Source of the DNA: Acidobacteriota bacterium
GTDB taxonomy: Bacteria > Acidobacteriota > Thermoanaerobaculia > UBA5066 > Gp7-AA6
Direction: 5' to 3'
Assembly: GCA_039933215.1 (NCBI GenBank)
Contig: JBDTOO010000018.1
Span: forward strand, 305-64,304
Length of the DNA stretch: 64,000 bases
Positions 33,392-41,512 of the stretch are shown here, one piece after another (positions within the stretch are counted from its first letter, which is position 1; each line of letters starts with the position of its first letter). Made by a program: the position numbers and the translations under genes. The notes beneath the pieces were generated by a model that was not told the origin of the DNA, made no database searches, and saw nothing but the letters and a program-made list of their open reading frames with translations.

Positions 33392-34102
33392 TCAATCGCC
33401 GGAAGCCGCCGGTCTCGCGTCGCCGGAGGGCGCCACGATGCCTTCGAAGCCCTGCTGCTCGAGCGCCGCGAGCGCCTCTTCGGCCTCCCGGCGCGAGGCG
33501 TAGGGTCCCACCTTCACGCGCGAGAGTCCCTGATACGGCTCGAGGTACACGGGGCGCCCCGCCGCGCGCACGCGCTCCGCGTGGCGCTCCGCCCGGCCCC
33601 GCTCCGCGAAGGAGCCGACCTGGACCGCCCACGCCGCCGGGCCGGCGGTAGAGGCCGGCGTGGGCTCGAGGGCGGGGCGCACGATCGCGAGGCGCACGGT
33701 TCCGGTCCCCGAACCGAGGATGCCCAGCTCGCGCGCGGCGGCCCGCGAGAGGTCGATGATGCGGCCCTTCACGAATGGGCCCCGGTCGTTGACTCGGACG
33801 CGCACCGTCTTGTCGTTCTCGACGTTGGTCACGGCGAGAACCGTGCCCAGGGGGAGGAGACGGTGCGCCGCCGTCATGCGCGACGAGTCGTAGATCTCGC
33901 CCGACGCGGTCGGTTTGCCTTCGAACCCGTCGTTTCCGCCGTACCAGGACGCGACGCCCTCTTCGATGAAGGACGCGCCGGCCGGGCCGGCCCGGTCGGA
34001 TGCGGACGTCGCCGGCGGCGCCGGACGCCGCGAGGCGCAGGCCGGCGCGAGGAGGACGAGAGCACCGCCGAGAGAGAGGAGCGTTCCGGCGCGGACGCGC
34101 AG
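33392..34102 (-). CDS. rlpA: Rare lipoprotein A-like protein (DPBB domain + SPOR domain)
   Basis: GVASWYGG..F.GKPTASGEIYD...MTAAHRLLPLGTVLAVTN..N.KTVRVRVNDRGPFVKGRIIDLS (RlpA double-psi beta-barrel), then a C-terminal SPOR-like region (WAVQVGSFAERGRAE...YRVKVGPY). No canonical start precedes the signal peptide; CTG 34102 is proposed. Confidence 0.85.
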   Translation of the reverse strand: MRVRAGTLLSLGGALVLLAPACASRRPAPPATSASDRAGPAGASFIEEGVASWYGGNDGFEGKPTASGEIYDSSRMTAAHRLLPLGTVLAVTNVENDKTVRVRVNDRGPFVKGRIIDLSRAAARELGILGSGTGTVRLAIVRPALEPTPASTAGPAAWAVQVGSFAERGRAERHAERVRAAGRPVYLEPYQGLSRVKVGPYASRREAEEALAALEQQGFEGIVAPSGDARPAASGD

Positions 34103-34110
34103 GGCGACCC

Positions 34111-35541
34111 TCAGACGCGGACCGCCGCGGTCTCGGCCTCGGGCGCTCCCTGGAGGGCGGGGTCGAGCTCTTCGCGCACGAACGCCTCGACCTGCTCGGC
34201 GGACCGGCCGATCAGCCGCGCGGGCGACGCGGACGCCGCGACTTTCGCAGCGTCGAGTCCGAACGCCGGATCGGAGGCGATTCGGTCGAGCAGGTCGGCC
34301 GCGGATCCGTCCTTCGTGCGTTTCTCGGCGGCCGCCCGCGCGTGGACGCGGAGCTTCTCGTGGAGCTCCTGCCGGTCGCCGCCGCGGCGGACGGCCTCCA
34401 TGAGCACGTCCTCGGCCGCCAGGAACGGCAGCTCGGCCGCGAGCCGGCGCGCCGCCACCTCGGGGTGGACGACCAGCCCGCGGAACACGTTGTCGAGGAG
34501 TACGAGCACGGCGTCGGCCGTCAGGAAGGCCTCGGGAATCGCGATGCGCTTGTTCGCGGAGTCGTCCAGGCTCCTCTCGAGCCACTGCGTGGAGGCCGTC
34601 ATGGCCGTGTCGAACGAAAGCGCGATGACGTGGCGGGCGAGCGAGCACACGCGCTCCGCGCGCATCGGGTTGCGCTTGTAGGGCATGGCGGAGGAGCCCA
34701 CCTGCGTGGCTTCGAACGGCTCTTCGATCTCGCCGTCGTGTTGCAGGAGGCGCAGGTCGGTCCCGATCTTGTGGGCCGACTGGGCGAGGCCCGAGAGCGC
34801 GTGGACGACGCGGTCGTCCTGCTTGCGCGAGTAGGTCTGCCCGGAGACGAGCTGGCGCTTCGCGAAGCCGGCGCGGGCGGCGAGCGAGCGGTCGAGCTCC
34901 TCGACGCGTCGGCCGTCGCCGTCGAACAGCAGGAGAAACGAGGCCTGCGTGCCCGTCGCTCCCTTGGCCCCGAGAAAGCGCAGGTCGGCGCGCGCCGCGC
35001 GCACGGCCTCGAGGTCCATCAGGAGATCGCTCGCCCAGAGCGCCGCCCGCTTGCCGACGGTCGTCGGCTGCGCCGGCTGGTAGTGGGTCCAGGCGAGCGT
35101 GGGAAGAGAACGGTTCTCGAGGGCGAAGTCCCGCATCTTCCGGAGCAGCGCCGCCAGCCTCTTCTCGACGAGCTCGAGCGCGGCCCGCATCTGGATCAGG
35201 TCGCCGTTGTCCGCGACGTAAGCCGACGTCGCCCCCCAGTGGATGATCCCGCGAGCGGCCGGAGCCGCCTCGCCGAAGACGCGGACGTGCGCCATCACGT
35301 CGTGGCGCGTCTTCTCCTCTTCGCGGGCCGCCGCTTCGAAGTCGACCGGCGAGATCCGCTCCGCCATCTGGCGGATCGCCTCGTCCGGGATGGGGAGGCC
35401 GAGCCGCTTCTCCTCTTCGGCGAGCCAGAGCCAGAGCCGCCGCCAGGTTTCGAACTTGAACCGGGGAGAAAAGATGGCGGACATCTCCGCCGAGGCGTAG
35501 CGCTCGGAGAGCGGGCTCTCGTAGCGGTCAGTCCTGCTCAC
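34111..35541 (-). CDS. purB: Adenylosuccinate lyase
   Basis: MSRTDRYESPLSERYASAEMSAIFS..., the fumarate-lyase signature GSSAMPYKRNP, full length 476 aa. Confidence 0.93.
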   Translation of the reverse strand: MSRTDRYESPLSERYASAEMSAIFSPRFKFETWRRLWLWLAEEEKRLGLPIPDEAIRQMAERISPVDFEAAAREEEKTRHDVMAHVRVFGEAAPAARGIIHWGATSAYVADNGDLIQMRAALELVEKRLAALLRKMRDFALENRSLPTLAWTHYQPAQPTTVGKRAALWASDLLMDLEAVRAARADLRFLGAKGATGTQASFLLLFDGDGRRVEELDRSLAARAGFAKRQLVSGQTYSRKQDDRVVHALSGLAQSAHKIGTDLRLLQHDGEIEEPFEATQVGSSAMPYKRNPMRAERVCSLARHVIALSFDTAMTASTQWLERSLDDSANKRIAIPEAFLTADAVLVLLDNVFRGLVVHPEVAARRLAAELPFLAAEDVLMEAVRRGGDRQELHEKLRVHARAAAEKRTKDGSAADLLDRIASDPAFGLDAAKVAASASPARLIGRSAEQVEAFVREELDPALQGAPEAETAAVRV

Positions 35542-35746
35542 TGCCCGCGTCTTCTCCGAGGTTGAACTCCGCGATGTTGTCGTTGCCGCAGACCAGGCAC
35601 TGCGCGTCGGTGATGCGGCTGCCGTCCATGTCGAACACGTAGGAGGGCGTGCTGCACTGCTTGCACACCAGGTAGTCGATCTCCCGATCTTCCTGGAGGG
35701 GTTTTCGCGGCTTGGTGGGCTCGGTCACGGCCCTCCATTGTCGCAC
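35528..35746 (-). CDS. Small zinc-ribbon-like protein (two CxxC pairs)
   Basis: ...DYLVCKQCSTPSYVFDMDGSRITDAQCLVCGNDNIAEF.... It overlaps the purB start by 14 nt. GTG starts are possible at 35746 or 35728. Confidence 0.45.
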   Translation of the reverse strand: MRQWRAVTEPTKPRKPLQEDREIDYLVCKQCSTPSYVFDMDGSRITDAQCLVCGNDNIAEFNLGEDAGSEQD

Positions 35747-35867
35747 GGAGACGGACGTTCCTTCCCGCCGGTTCGACGTCCCGCCGACGCTCCTCGGATG
35801 ATCCGGCGGAGAGACGGTCGCCTCGCTCGGACGTCATTTGTCCATCGGGCTGCTATCCTAGAAATCG

Positions 35868-36971
35868 ATGTCCTCGCTGACGATCGGGCTGCTCGTTTTG
35901 CTCGCCGCGGCGGCCGTCGCCGCGACGTGGGCTTCGGTCGGACGGTCGCGCGAGGCGACGAGCCGGCTCGACCGTCTTCTCGCGGAGTCGGCGGCGGCGC
36001 GCGGTGCATCGGCGTCCCTGGACCGCCGGTTCGACGAGCTGCGCCGCTCCGTGGAGGACCGGGTCCAGGGGGTCGAGCAGCGGCTCGTCGACGGCCAGAA
36101 GAATCTGACGGACCACCTCGGCGCCTCGGGCCGCATCCTGCAGGACGTGGGCCAGCGCATGGGGCAGATCTACGAGGCCTCGCAGAAGATCGAGAAGCTC
36201 GCGGGCAACGTGACGCGGCTCGAGGACCTCCTGAAGCCGCCGAAGCTGCGCGGCGCGCTCGGCGAGGCGTTTCTCGAGCAGACGCTGCGCCAGGTGCTCC
36301 CCGCGCAGGGCTTCGCCATGCAGTATCGCTTTCCGGACAACGTCGTCGTAGACGCGGCGATCTTCCTCGGCGAGAGGATCGTCCCCGTCGACAGCAAGTT
36401 CCCGCTCGAGAACTACCGCCGCGCCCGCGAGGCGCCCGAGGAGACGGACCGCCGGCGGGCGTCGCGGGACTTCGCCTCCGACGTCCGCCGTCACGTCGAC
36501 GCCATCCGCACCCGTTACATCCGGCCGGAGAGCGGCACCTGCGATTTCGCGCTCATGTACATCCCCGCGGAGGCGGTGTACTGCGAGATCGTCGGCGAAG
36601 GCGAGGAGACGGGGCTCGTCGAGTACGCAATGGAGCGGCACGTCATCCCGGTCTCGCCGCGGCTCCTTTACGCGTATCTCGCGACGGCCGCGATGGGCAT
36701 GCGCGGCGTCGAGCTGCAGCGCTCCGCGCACGAGATCCAGGAGCGCCTGGCGGAGCTCGCGCGGCTCTGGGACCGCGTCGAGGATCCCTTCGCCAAGGTC
36801 CGCGTGCATCTGACGAACACCCAGAAGCAGTACGACGAGGCCTCAAAGGCCCTCGGACGATTCGCCGAGAAGCTCTCCGGCATCGCCGACGCGGAGGGTC
36901 CGGTGGGCAAGCTCGAGCCCGCCGCGGCGGCGGTCGCTTCGGCGCCGGTCTCCCTCTTCCCGCAAGCCTGA
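35868..36971 (+). CDS. rmuC: DNA recombination protein RmuC
   Basis: N-terminal TM helix, coiled-coil, and RmuC core ...FPDNVVVDAAIFLGERIVPVDSKFPLENY...ALMYIPAEAVY.... Confidence 0.88.
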   Translation: MSSLTIGLLVLLAAAAVAATWASVGRSREATSRLDRLLAESAAARGASASLDRRFDELRRSVEDRVQGVEQRLVDGQKNLTDHLGASGRILQDVGQRMGQIYEASQKIEKLAGNVTRLEDLLKPPKLRGALGEAFLEQTLRQVLPAQGFAMQYRFPDNVVVDAAIFLGERIVPVDSKFPLENYRRAREAPEETDRRRASRDFASDVRRHVDAIRTRYIRPESGTCDFALMYIPAEAVYCEIVGEGEETGLVEYAMERHVIPVSPRLLYAYLATAAMGMRGVELQRSAHEIQERLAELARLWDRVEDPFAKVRVHLTNTQKQYDEASKALGRFAEKLSGIADAEGPVGKLEPAAAAVASAPVSLFPQA

Positions 36972-37004
36972 TCCGGCTCGCCACGAGCGAGCCCATTGGA
37001 CGAG

Positions 37005-37032
37005 GTGACAGGTGCCAGGTGTCAGGTGTCAG
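37005..37032. repeat. Tandem heptamers GTGACAG-GTGCCAG-GTGTCAG-GTGTCAG
   Basis: Read directly. It is in inverted orientation relative to the array at 37124..37175. Confidence 0.85.
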
Positions 37033-37123
37033 CAGCACTAACTGCCCTTCACGTCCCCTCTCTGGATATCACTCGTAGCCCGGCCCTGAAACGGGTGGCC
37101 AGTACCGGCCAGACGTTCTGCTG

Positions 37124-37175
37124 TCACCCGTCACCCGTCACCCGTCACCCTCTCTCACCTCTCACCTCTGACCTG
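37124..37175. repeat. Tandem heptamers (TCACCCG x3, TCACCCT, then TCACCTC x2, TGACCTG); reverse complement of the GTGAGAG/GTCAGAG family at 32391..32523
   Basis: Read directly. Its reverse complement reads CAGGTCA GAGGTGA GAGGTGA ... GGGTGAC GGGTGAC GGGTGAC. It lies upstream of arcA. Confidence 0.85.
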
Positions 37176-37228
37176 CCCCTCCCCCCTTCCCCCTGTGACG
37201 TACAATCCTGCGCCCCGCCGGGCGTGCC

Positions 37229-38503
37229 ATGACCCTCAGAGTCACCTCAGAAATCGGCAAGCTCTCCTCCGTCCTCGTCCACCTGCCGGGAGCGGAGATC
37301 GATCGCATGATCCCGGCGATGATGGAGGAGCTCCTCTTCGACGACATCCTCTACGGCGCGCGCGCGCGGGAGGAGCACCGGCGCTTCCAGCAGGTCCTCG
37401 GGTTCGTCGCGGACGAGATCCTGGACGCCCAGACGCTCCTCGCTGAAGTGCTCGAAACGCACCGCGAGGCCGTTCTCTCGGACCTCGGCTCGACGCTCGG
37501 GTGGGGTCCCGACATGGACTACCGGCTGCGCGATCTCTCCGCGCCGGCGCTCGCGGCGACCCTCGTGTCGGGCATCGAGAAGCCGGCGCAGGAGACGTCC
37601 GTTTCGAGCTCCGACCTCTACTGGCTGCCGCCCATTCCCAACTATTTCTTCCAGCGCGACCCGCTCGTCGTCGTCGGCGACCGCGCCATTCGCGGGTCGA
37701 TGGCGACGGCGGCGAGGTTGCGGGAGCCGCTGCTCTCCGGATACATCTTCCAGCTCCACCCGAGGTTCGCCCGCCCGGATGGAGTCTTCTGGTTCCAGGA
37801 GTTCTCCGCCGACTACTCCCCGGCGGCCTCCTACGCCCGCATGCGCCCGACCCTCGAGGGCGGCGACGTCCTCGTGCTCCGGGAGGACGTCCTCGCGATC
37901 GGATACTCCGAGCGCACCGAGAAGACGACGATCGAGCGCCTGACGGAGAGCCTGAAGGCGATGAAGTCCCCCGTCCGGCGCATCTTCGTGGTCGCCGTGC
38001 CGCCCTCCCGCTCCTACATGCATCTGGACACGGTCTTCACGATGATCTCGCGCGAGGAGTGCCTCGTCTACGGGCCGATGATCCTCGCCGAAGGCGTCGA
38101 GGAGGCCGACGTCTACGAGGTGGATCTCACGAAGCGCGAAGTGACGTGGAGGTCGGAGAGAGACCTTCTGTCGGCACTCAAGAGGCAGAAGATCGACCTC
38201 GCGCCGATTCGCTGCGGCGGCGTGGATCCCATCGCGGAACGCCGAGAGCAATGGACCGACGGCGCAAACGCGTTCGCGGTAGCGCCGGGCGTGATCCTCC
38301 TGTACGACCGGAACGTGAAGACTGCGGACGAGCTCGCCCGCGCGGGATATTCGATCGTCGAGGAGTCGGACCTCCTGCTCGGAAGAGTCGAGCTCGATCT
38401 CAAGCGCAAGACGGTCATTCGCCTCGCCGCGCACGAGCTTTCGCGCGCCCGAGGCGGTCCCCGCTGCATGGCGATGCCTCTCGTTCGCGAAGACCTCGGA
38501 TGA
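37229..38503 (+). CDS. arcA: Arginine deiminase
   Basis: VTSEIGKLSSVLVHLPG..., HLDTVFTMI, and C-terminal ...ELSRARGGPRCMAMPLVRE with the catalytic Cys. Confidence 0.92.
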   Translation: MTLRVTSEIGKLSSVLVHLPGAEIDRMIPAMMEELLFDDILYGARAREEHRRFQQVLGFVADEILDAQTLLAEVLETHREAVLSDLGSTLGWGPDMDYRLRDLSAPALAATLVSGIEKPAQETSVSSSDLYWLPPIPNYFFQRDPLVVVGDRAIRGSMATAARLREPLLSGYIFQLHPRFARPDGVFWFQEFSADYSPAASYARMRPTLEGGDVLVLREDVLAIGYSERTEKTTIERLTESLKAMKSPVRRIFVVAVPPSRSYMHLDTVFTMISREECLVYGPMILAEGVEEADVYEVDLTKREVTWRSERDLLSALKRQKIDLAPIRCGGVDPIAERREQWTDGANAFAVAPGVILLYDRNVKTADELARAGYSIVEESDLLLGRVELDLKRKTVIRLAAHELSRARGGPRCMAMPLVREDLG

Positions 38504-38567
38504 TCGGAGACCGCTCCCGGGCGCGGCAGCTCCGACCGCGCCCGTCCGCGCAGGCTGGAGCCGCGTC

Positions 38568-39548
38568 GTGACGTCGTCCCGGTTCTTCTCGTTCGTCCGG
38601 CCCCTCGCCGTGGTGGCGTTCGGCGGCAACGCGCTGCTCCGGCCCGACGATTCCGGGACGACCGCGGATCAGCTCCTGCGCGCGCGAGAAGCGGTCCGCC
38701 ATCTGCTTCCGATCCTCGCGCGGGGATACGAGCTCATCGTCGTGCACGGCAACGGCCCGCAAGTCGGCAACCTGCTGATCCAGACGGACTGCGCCTCGGA
38801 CCGGATCCCGCCGCAGCCCCTCGACTTCTGCGTCGCGCAGACGCAGGGCTCCCTGGGCTTCCTCCTCGAGCTCGCCTTCGACAACGAGTTGCCCCCGGCG
38901 GGTTTCCGCAAGGAGGTCGTGACGTTCGTCACGCAGGTCGAGGTCGACGCGGCGGACACCGCCTTTCTCGCCCCGTCGAAGCCGGTCGGTCCGTTCTTTT
39001 CCGCGGAGCGCGCGGCGGTCCTCGAGGAGACCCTCGGCTGGAAAATGGTCGAGGACGCGGGGCGCGGGTGGAGAAAGGTCGTCGCATCGCCGAAGCCCCG
39101 CGCGATCCGCGGCGTGGACGTCGCGGCTTCGCTCGTCAATCGCGGTTACATCGTGGTGGCCGCCGGAGGGGGAGGGATCCCCGTCGTGGTGACCGAGGAG
39201 GGAGAGGTACGCGGCGTCGAGGCGGTGATCGACAAGGACTACTCGGCGGGGCTGCTCGCGGCGACTCTTTCCGCCGATCTGTTCATCATCCTGACGGGTG
39301 TCGATCGCGTGGCGCGCGACTTCGGCAAGCCTACGGAAGAGCCCATCGCCGAGATGGACGTCGCCCTCGCGAAGCGCCTTCTCGCCGAGGGACAATTTCC
39401 CCCCGGAAGCATGGGACCCAAGATCGACGCGGCGATCCGATACGTCGAGGGCGGCGGCCGCGAGGTGCTGATTGCGCGCGCCGAGAGCCTGACCGAAGCG
39501 CTCGCCGGAAATACCGGGACGTTCATTCGAGAAAAGAGACGAGTATGA
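38568..39548 (+). CDS. arcC: Carbamate kinase
   Basis: VVAFGGNALL..., VVHGNGPQVG, GGGGIPV. GTG start. Confidence 0.9.
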   Translation: MTSSRFFSFVRPLAVVAFGGNALLRPDDSGTTADQLLRAREAVRHLLPILARGYELIVVHGNGPQVGNLLIQTDCASDRIPPQPLDFCVAQTQGSLGFLLELAFDNELPPAGFRKEVVTFVTQVEVDAADTAFLAPSKPVGPFFSAERAAVLEETLGWKMVEDAGRGWRKVVASPKPRAIRGVDVAASLVNRGYIVVAAGGGGIPVVVTEEGEVRGVEAVIDKDYSAGLLAATLSADLFIILTGVDRVARDFGKPTEEPIAEMDVALAKRLLAEGQFPPGSMGPKIDAAIRYVEGGGREVLIARAESLTEALAGNTGTFIREKRRV

Positions 39549-40468
39549 AACGCGACTACGTCAACGAGAACGACTGGGCTCCGGCCGAGATCGAGGCGCT
39601 CCTCGATCTCGCCGTCCGGATCAAGGCGGCGCCGGGCCGCTACGCGACGCGCCTCGCCGGAAAGTCTCTCGCGATGATCTTCGAAAAGTCTTCGACACGG
39701 ACTCGCGTCTCCTTCGAAGCGGGGATGTTCCAGCTCGGCGGGCTCGGAATGTTTCTCTCCTCCCGCGACCTGCAGCTCGGGCGGGGCGAGCCGATCGCCG
39801 ACACCGCGCGGGTCCTCTCGCGGTATACGGACGGGATCATGGCGCGGACCTACGCCCAGGCGACGGTCGAAGGACTGGCGGAGAACGCCTCCGTTCCCGT
39901 CATCAACGGCCTCTCCGATCTCCTCCATCCGTGCCAGGCGCTCGCCGACTTCCTCACCGTGCGGGAGAGGTTCGGCGCGACGAAGGGCTTCCCGATCTGC
40001 TACGTCGGCGACGGGAACAACGTCGCGCACAGCCTCATGCTCACGGGAGCAAAGCTCGGGGCGCGCGTGGCGGTCGTGACCCCGGAGGGATTCGAGCCGG
40101 CGGAACCGATCGTCGCCGCGGCGAAGAAGACGGCGGCGGAAACGGGCGGCGCTATCCTCGTGACGCATTCCTTGGACGAGGGACTGCGGGGGGCCAGGGC
40201 TGTCTACACGGACGTGTGGGCCTCCATGGGGCAGGAGGACGAGGCCGCGGCGAGGGCGCGGAAGTTCGAGGCCTACCGCGTGACGCCGGAGGTGTTCGGG
40301 AAGGCCGCCTCCGACGCGATCTTCCTCCACTGCCTGCCGGCCCACCGCGGCGAAGAAGTCGACGCGGCGGTCATCGACGCGCCCTCTTCCGCCGTCTTCG
40401 ATCAGGCGGAGAACCGGCTCCACGCCCAGAAAGCGCTTCTGGTCGAGCTTCTCGGGGGCGTCGCCTGA
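39545..40468 (+). CDS. argF: Ornithine carbamoyltransferase (catabolic context)
   Basis: ATG overlaps the arcC stop (ATGA). Contains the motifs FEKSSTRTRVSFE, HPCQALAD and HCLPAHRGEE. Confidence 0.92.
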   Translation: MKRDYVNENDWAPAEIEALLDLAVRIKAAPGRYATRLAGKSLAMIFEKSSTRTRVSFEAGMFQLGGLGMFLSSRDLQLGRGEPIADTARVLSRYTDGIMARTYAQATVEGLAENASVPVINGLSDLLHPCQALADFLTVRERFGATKGFPICYVGDGNNVAHSLMLTGAKLGARVAVVTPEGFEPAEPIVAAAKKTAAETGGAILVTHSLDEGLRGARAVYTDVWASMGQEDEAAARARKFEAYRVTPEVFGKAASDAIFLHCLPAHRGEEVDAAVIDAPSSAVFDQAENRLHAQKALLVELLGGVA

Positions 40469-41454
40469 GCGTCGGGAGGCGCTGGGCCGCGCGCTGGTCC
40501 CGGCCCGCCGGCATCGCGCTCGCGGCGGCGGCGGCCGTCATTGCGTTGATCGCCCTGATCGTGCTGGCGCGTCCCCATCGGGGCGCCGGCCGAACCGGCG
40601 CCGAGCCCGAATCCGCGATCGTGACCGTCGAAAGCGTCGAGCTGCGCCGCGAGGCCTCCGCGCGGTCGGCGATCGAAGGCGTTCTGCCGCGCGGCTCCCG
40701 CGTGTCCGTGGTCGCCGACCGCGGCCCCTGGGTCGAGATCCGGACCTCCCGCGACGCGAAGGGCTTTCTGCCCGCCGACACCGTGGAACGCGAATCCGAC
40801 CGGGACTCGCGGCTGAAGAGAGCGTCGAAGATCCTTTCCTTCGCGCCCGTCTTCGGCGTGGTCGCGGAGGAATCCGACGTCCGTCTCGCCGCCTTCCCTC
40901 TCGCCGCGCGCACGGGGCGGATCGCTCGCGGAACGGCGATCTCGATCCACGGCGTCGACCACGCCTACTATGCGTTCCGCGCCGGCGACGGGAGCGTCGC
41001 ATTTGTCGACTCCTCCGCCGTTGACCTGGTGCCGCGGGACCCCAAACAGCCGCCGATCGTGCCCGTCGCGACCAAGGAGCTCAAGGACGTGACGGTCACC
41101 GACATCGAGCCGGCCAGGGCCCCGACTCCCGAGATCTCGGCCGAGGGGGTGCCCGCCGATCCCGCCGAGACCTCGGACGAGGCGCTCGAGCCGGCCTCGC
41201 TCCTCTCGAAGGTGAATCCCGTCTACCCGGAAGCCGCCCGGCGGGCCGGAGTCGAGGGGACCGTGGTCCTCGACGCCCTGGTGGGGGAGGACGGCCGGAT
41301 CGAGGAAGTTCAGATTCTGCGCGGCCTTCCGCTGGGGCTTTCCGAGGCCGCCGCGGAAGCCGTCCGGCGGTGGCAGTATCGGCCGGCACGCGGCCGGTCC
41401 GGTCCGGTCGCGTCTCACAAGACGGTGCGAATCGACTTCCAACTCGGCCAGTAA
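40465..41454 (+). CDS. TonB-family C-terminal-domain protein with an N-terminal TM anchor and SH3-like domains
   Basis: C-terminal SLLSKVNPVYPEAARRAGVEGTVVLDALVGEDGRIEEVQILRG..GLSEAAAEAVRRWQYRPA is a TonB_C domain. N-terminal RRWAARWSRPAGIALAAAAAVIALIALIVLA is a TM anchor. The only start that keeps the anchor is CTG 40465, which overlaps the argF stop (CTGA). Confidence 0.8.
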   Translation: MSVGRRWAARWSRPAGIALAAAAAVIALIALIVLARPHRGAGRTGAEPESAIVTVESVELRREASARSAIEGVLPRGSRVSVVADRGPWVEIRTSRDAKGFLPADTVERESDRDSRLKRASKILSFAPVFGVVAEESDVRLAAFPLAARTGRIARGTAISIHGVDHAYYAFRAGDGSVAFVDSSAVDLVPRDPKQPPIVPVATKELKDVTVTDIEPARAPTPEISAEGVPADPAETSDEALEPASLLSKVNPVYPEAARRAGVEGTVVLDALVGEDGRIEEVQILRGLPLGLSEAAAEAVRRWQYRPARGRSGPVASHKTVRIDFQLGQ

Positions 41455-41512
41455 CGGCTCCGCGCGAAGGGAATGGGCGCCGCGCGGGCGAGCGCCTATA
41501 ATTTCCCCACCG

